IMG/VR virus record: IMGVR_UViG_3300050821_003907
Coordinates: 32,001 to 96,000 of that record
Length of the DNA stretch: 64,000 nucleotides
Source of the DNA: a virus
Strand: one strand, 5' to 3'
A model generated the notes under the pieces. The model saw only the letters and a program-made list of their open reading frames with translations. It was not told the DNA's origin and searched no databases. A program made the position numbers and the translations under genes. Below are positions 63,436 to 64,000 of the stretch, one piece after another; position 1 is the first letter of the stretch, and each line of letters opens with the position of its first letter.

Positions 63436-63450
63436 CAGGACAGGACGGCG

Positions 63451-64000
63451 ATGGCAGTTAACTACGTCACGATTACCTGTGACCTGTACAACGGTAGTGG
63501 CCAGCCTGATGCTTCAGGAGGTTTTCTGTACTTCTCGCCGTCCAGCACGGAAGTCGATTCCATTGATGGCGTAACTTTGTCTAGCCCTGTCGGCGTTGAG
63601 TTTCAGGGTCAGGTTCCGCAGATTTCCCTGGCAGCTACGGACAACGCCAACTTCGCTCCTTCAGGCTGGAGCTGGAAGGGCGCTTTCGGGCTTAACCCTG
63701 AAATCACAGACCCTCCGGCAGCGTTCACTTTCTTCCTTCCGGCTGGCCCAGCAGCGTTCACAGCCACGCATGCTTCTCCCGCCGTGTTCACGTGGACACC
63801 TACCACAGCACTGACAGCCATAGCAAACGGCACGTCTGTGCAGCTCAGCGGTGGCTCCCTGCCGGGAGGCTTCAGCGCGGCTACCACCTACTACGTGGTC
63901 AGCTCTTCGGGCAGCACGTTCAGCCTCGCAGCCACGCTAGGCGGCGCTGGCATCAACTCTACAGGGACAGGCTCAGGCAACGTGGCAGTCACAGGCGTGT
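63451..64000 (+). CDS. Partial ORF homologous to the N-terminus of 59907-62162 (not in ORF track)
   Basis: MAVNYVTITCDLYNGSG...TDNANFAPSGW...PAGPAAFTATHASPAVFTW; open to the window end. Confidence 0.75.
   Translation, partial: MAVNYVTITCDLYNGSGQPDASGGFLYFSPSSTEVDSIDGVTLSSPVGVEFQGQVPQISLAATDNANFAPSGWSWKGAFGLNPEITDPPAAFTFFLPAGPAAFTATHASPAVFTWTPTTALTAIANGTSVQLSGGSLPGGFSAATTYYVVSSSGSTFSLAATLGGAGINSTGTGSGNVAVTGV

Overview
The window is part of a large tailed dsDNA phage genome of siphovirus type. The host is probably actinobacterial, an inference from frequent GTG starts, many TANNNT-N6/7-ATG leaderless starts and gene content. Layout: (i) 1-40.7 kb, + strand, virion genes: HK97-fold major capsid, head-tail adaptor, tail terminator, tail tube, frameshifting tail chaperone, a 2843-aa tape measure with three cell-wall hydrolase domains, very large Dit/Gly-rich tail proteins and putative lysis membrane proteins. 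This arm is interrupted by a 6.4-kb sugar biosynthesis/transfer cassette (two glycosyltransferases, GNAT, DegT aminotransferase, three methyltransferases, NDP-glucose 4,6-dehydratase), with a third glycosyltransferase beside the tail tube gene. (ii) 40.7-53 kb, - strand, early/replication genes: XRE regulator, Zn-finger ORFs, HNH and GIY-YIG nucleases, ThyX, RuvC-like resolvase, SNF2 helicase, SSB-like protein, an HNH-like lipoprotein and a Cas4-like exonuclease. (iii) 53.1-64 kb, + strand: primase-polymerase/helicase, an iteron-rich palindromic candidate origin, family A DNA polymerase and a module of domain-shuffled beta-helix proteins. No tRNA, rRNA, CRISPR array or integrase was seen. The best candidate for a new system is a self-contained pathway that makes a methylated/acetylated amino-deoxysugar, probably to glycosylate the virion. 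All product names come from motif recognition by eye; no database search was run.
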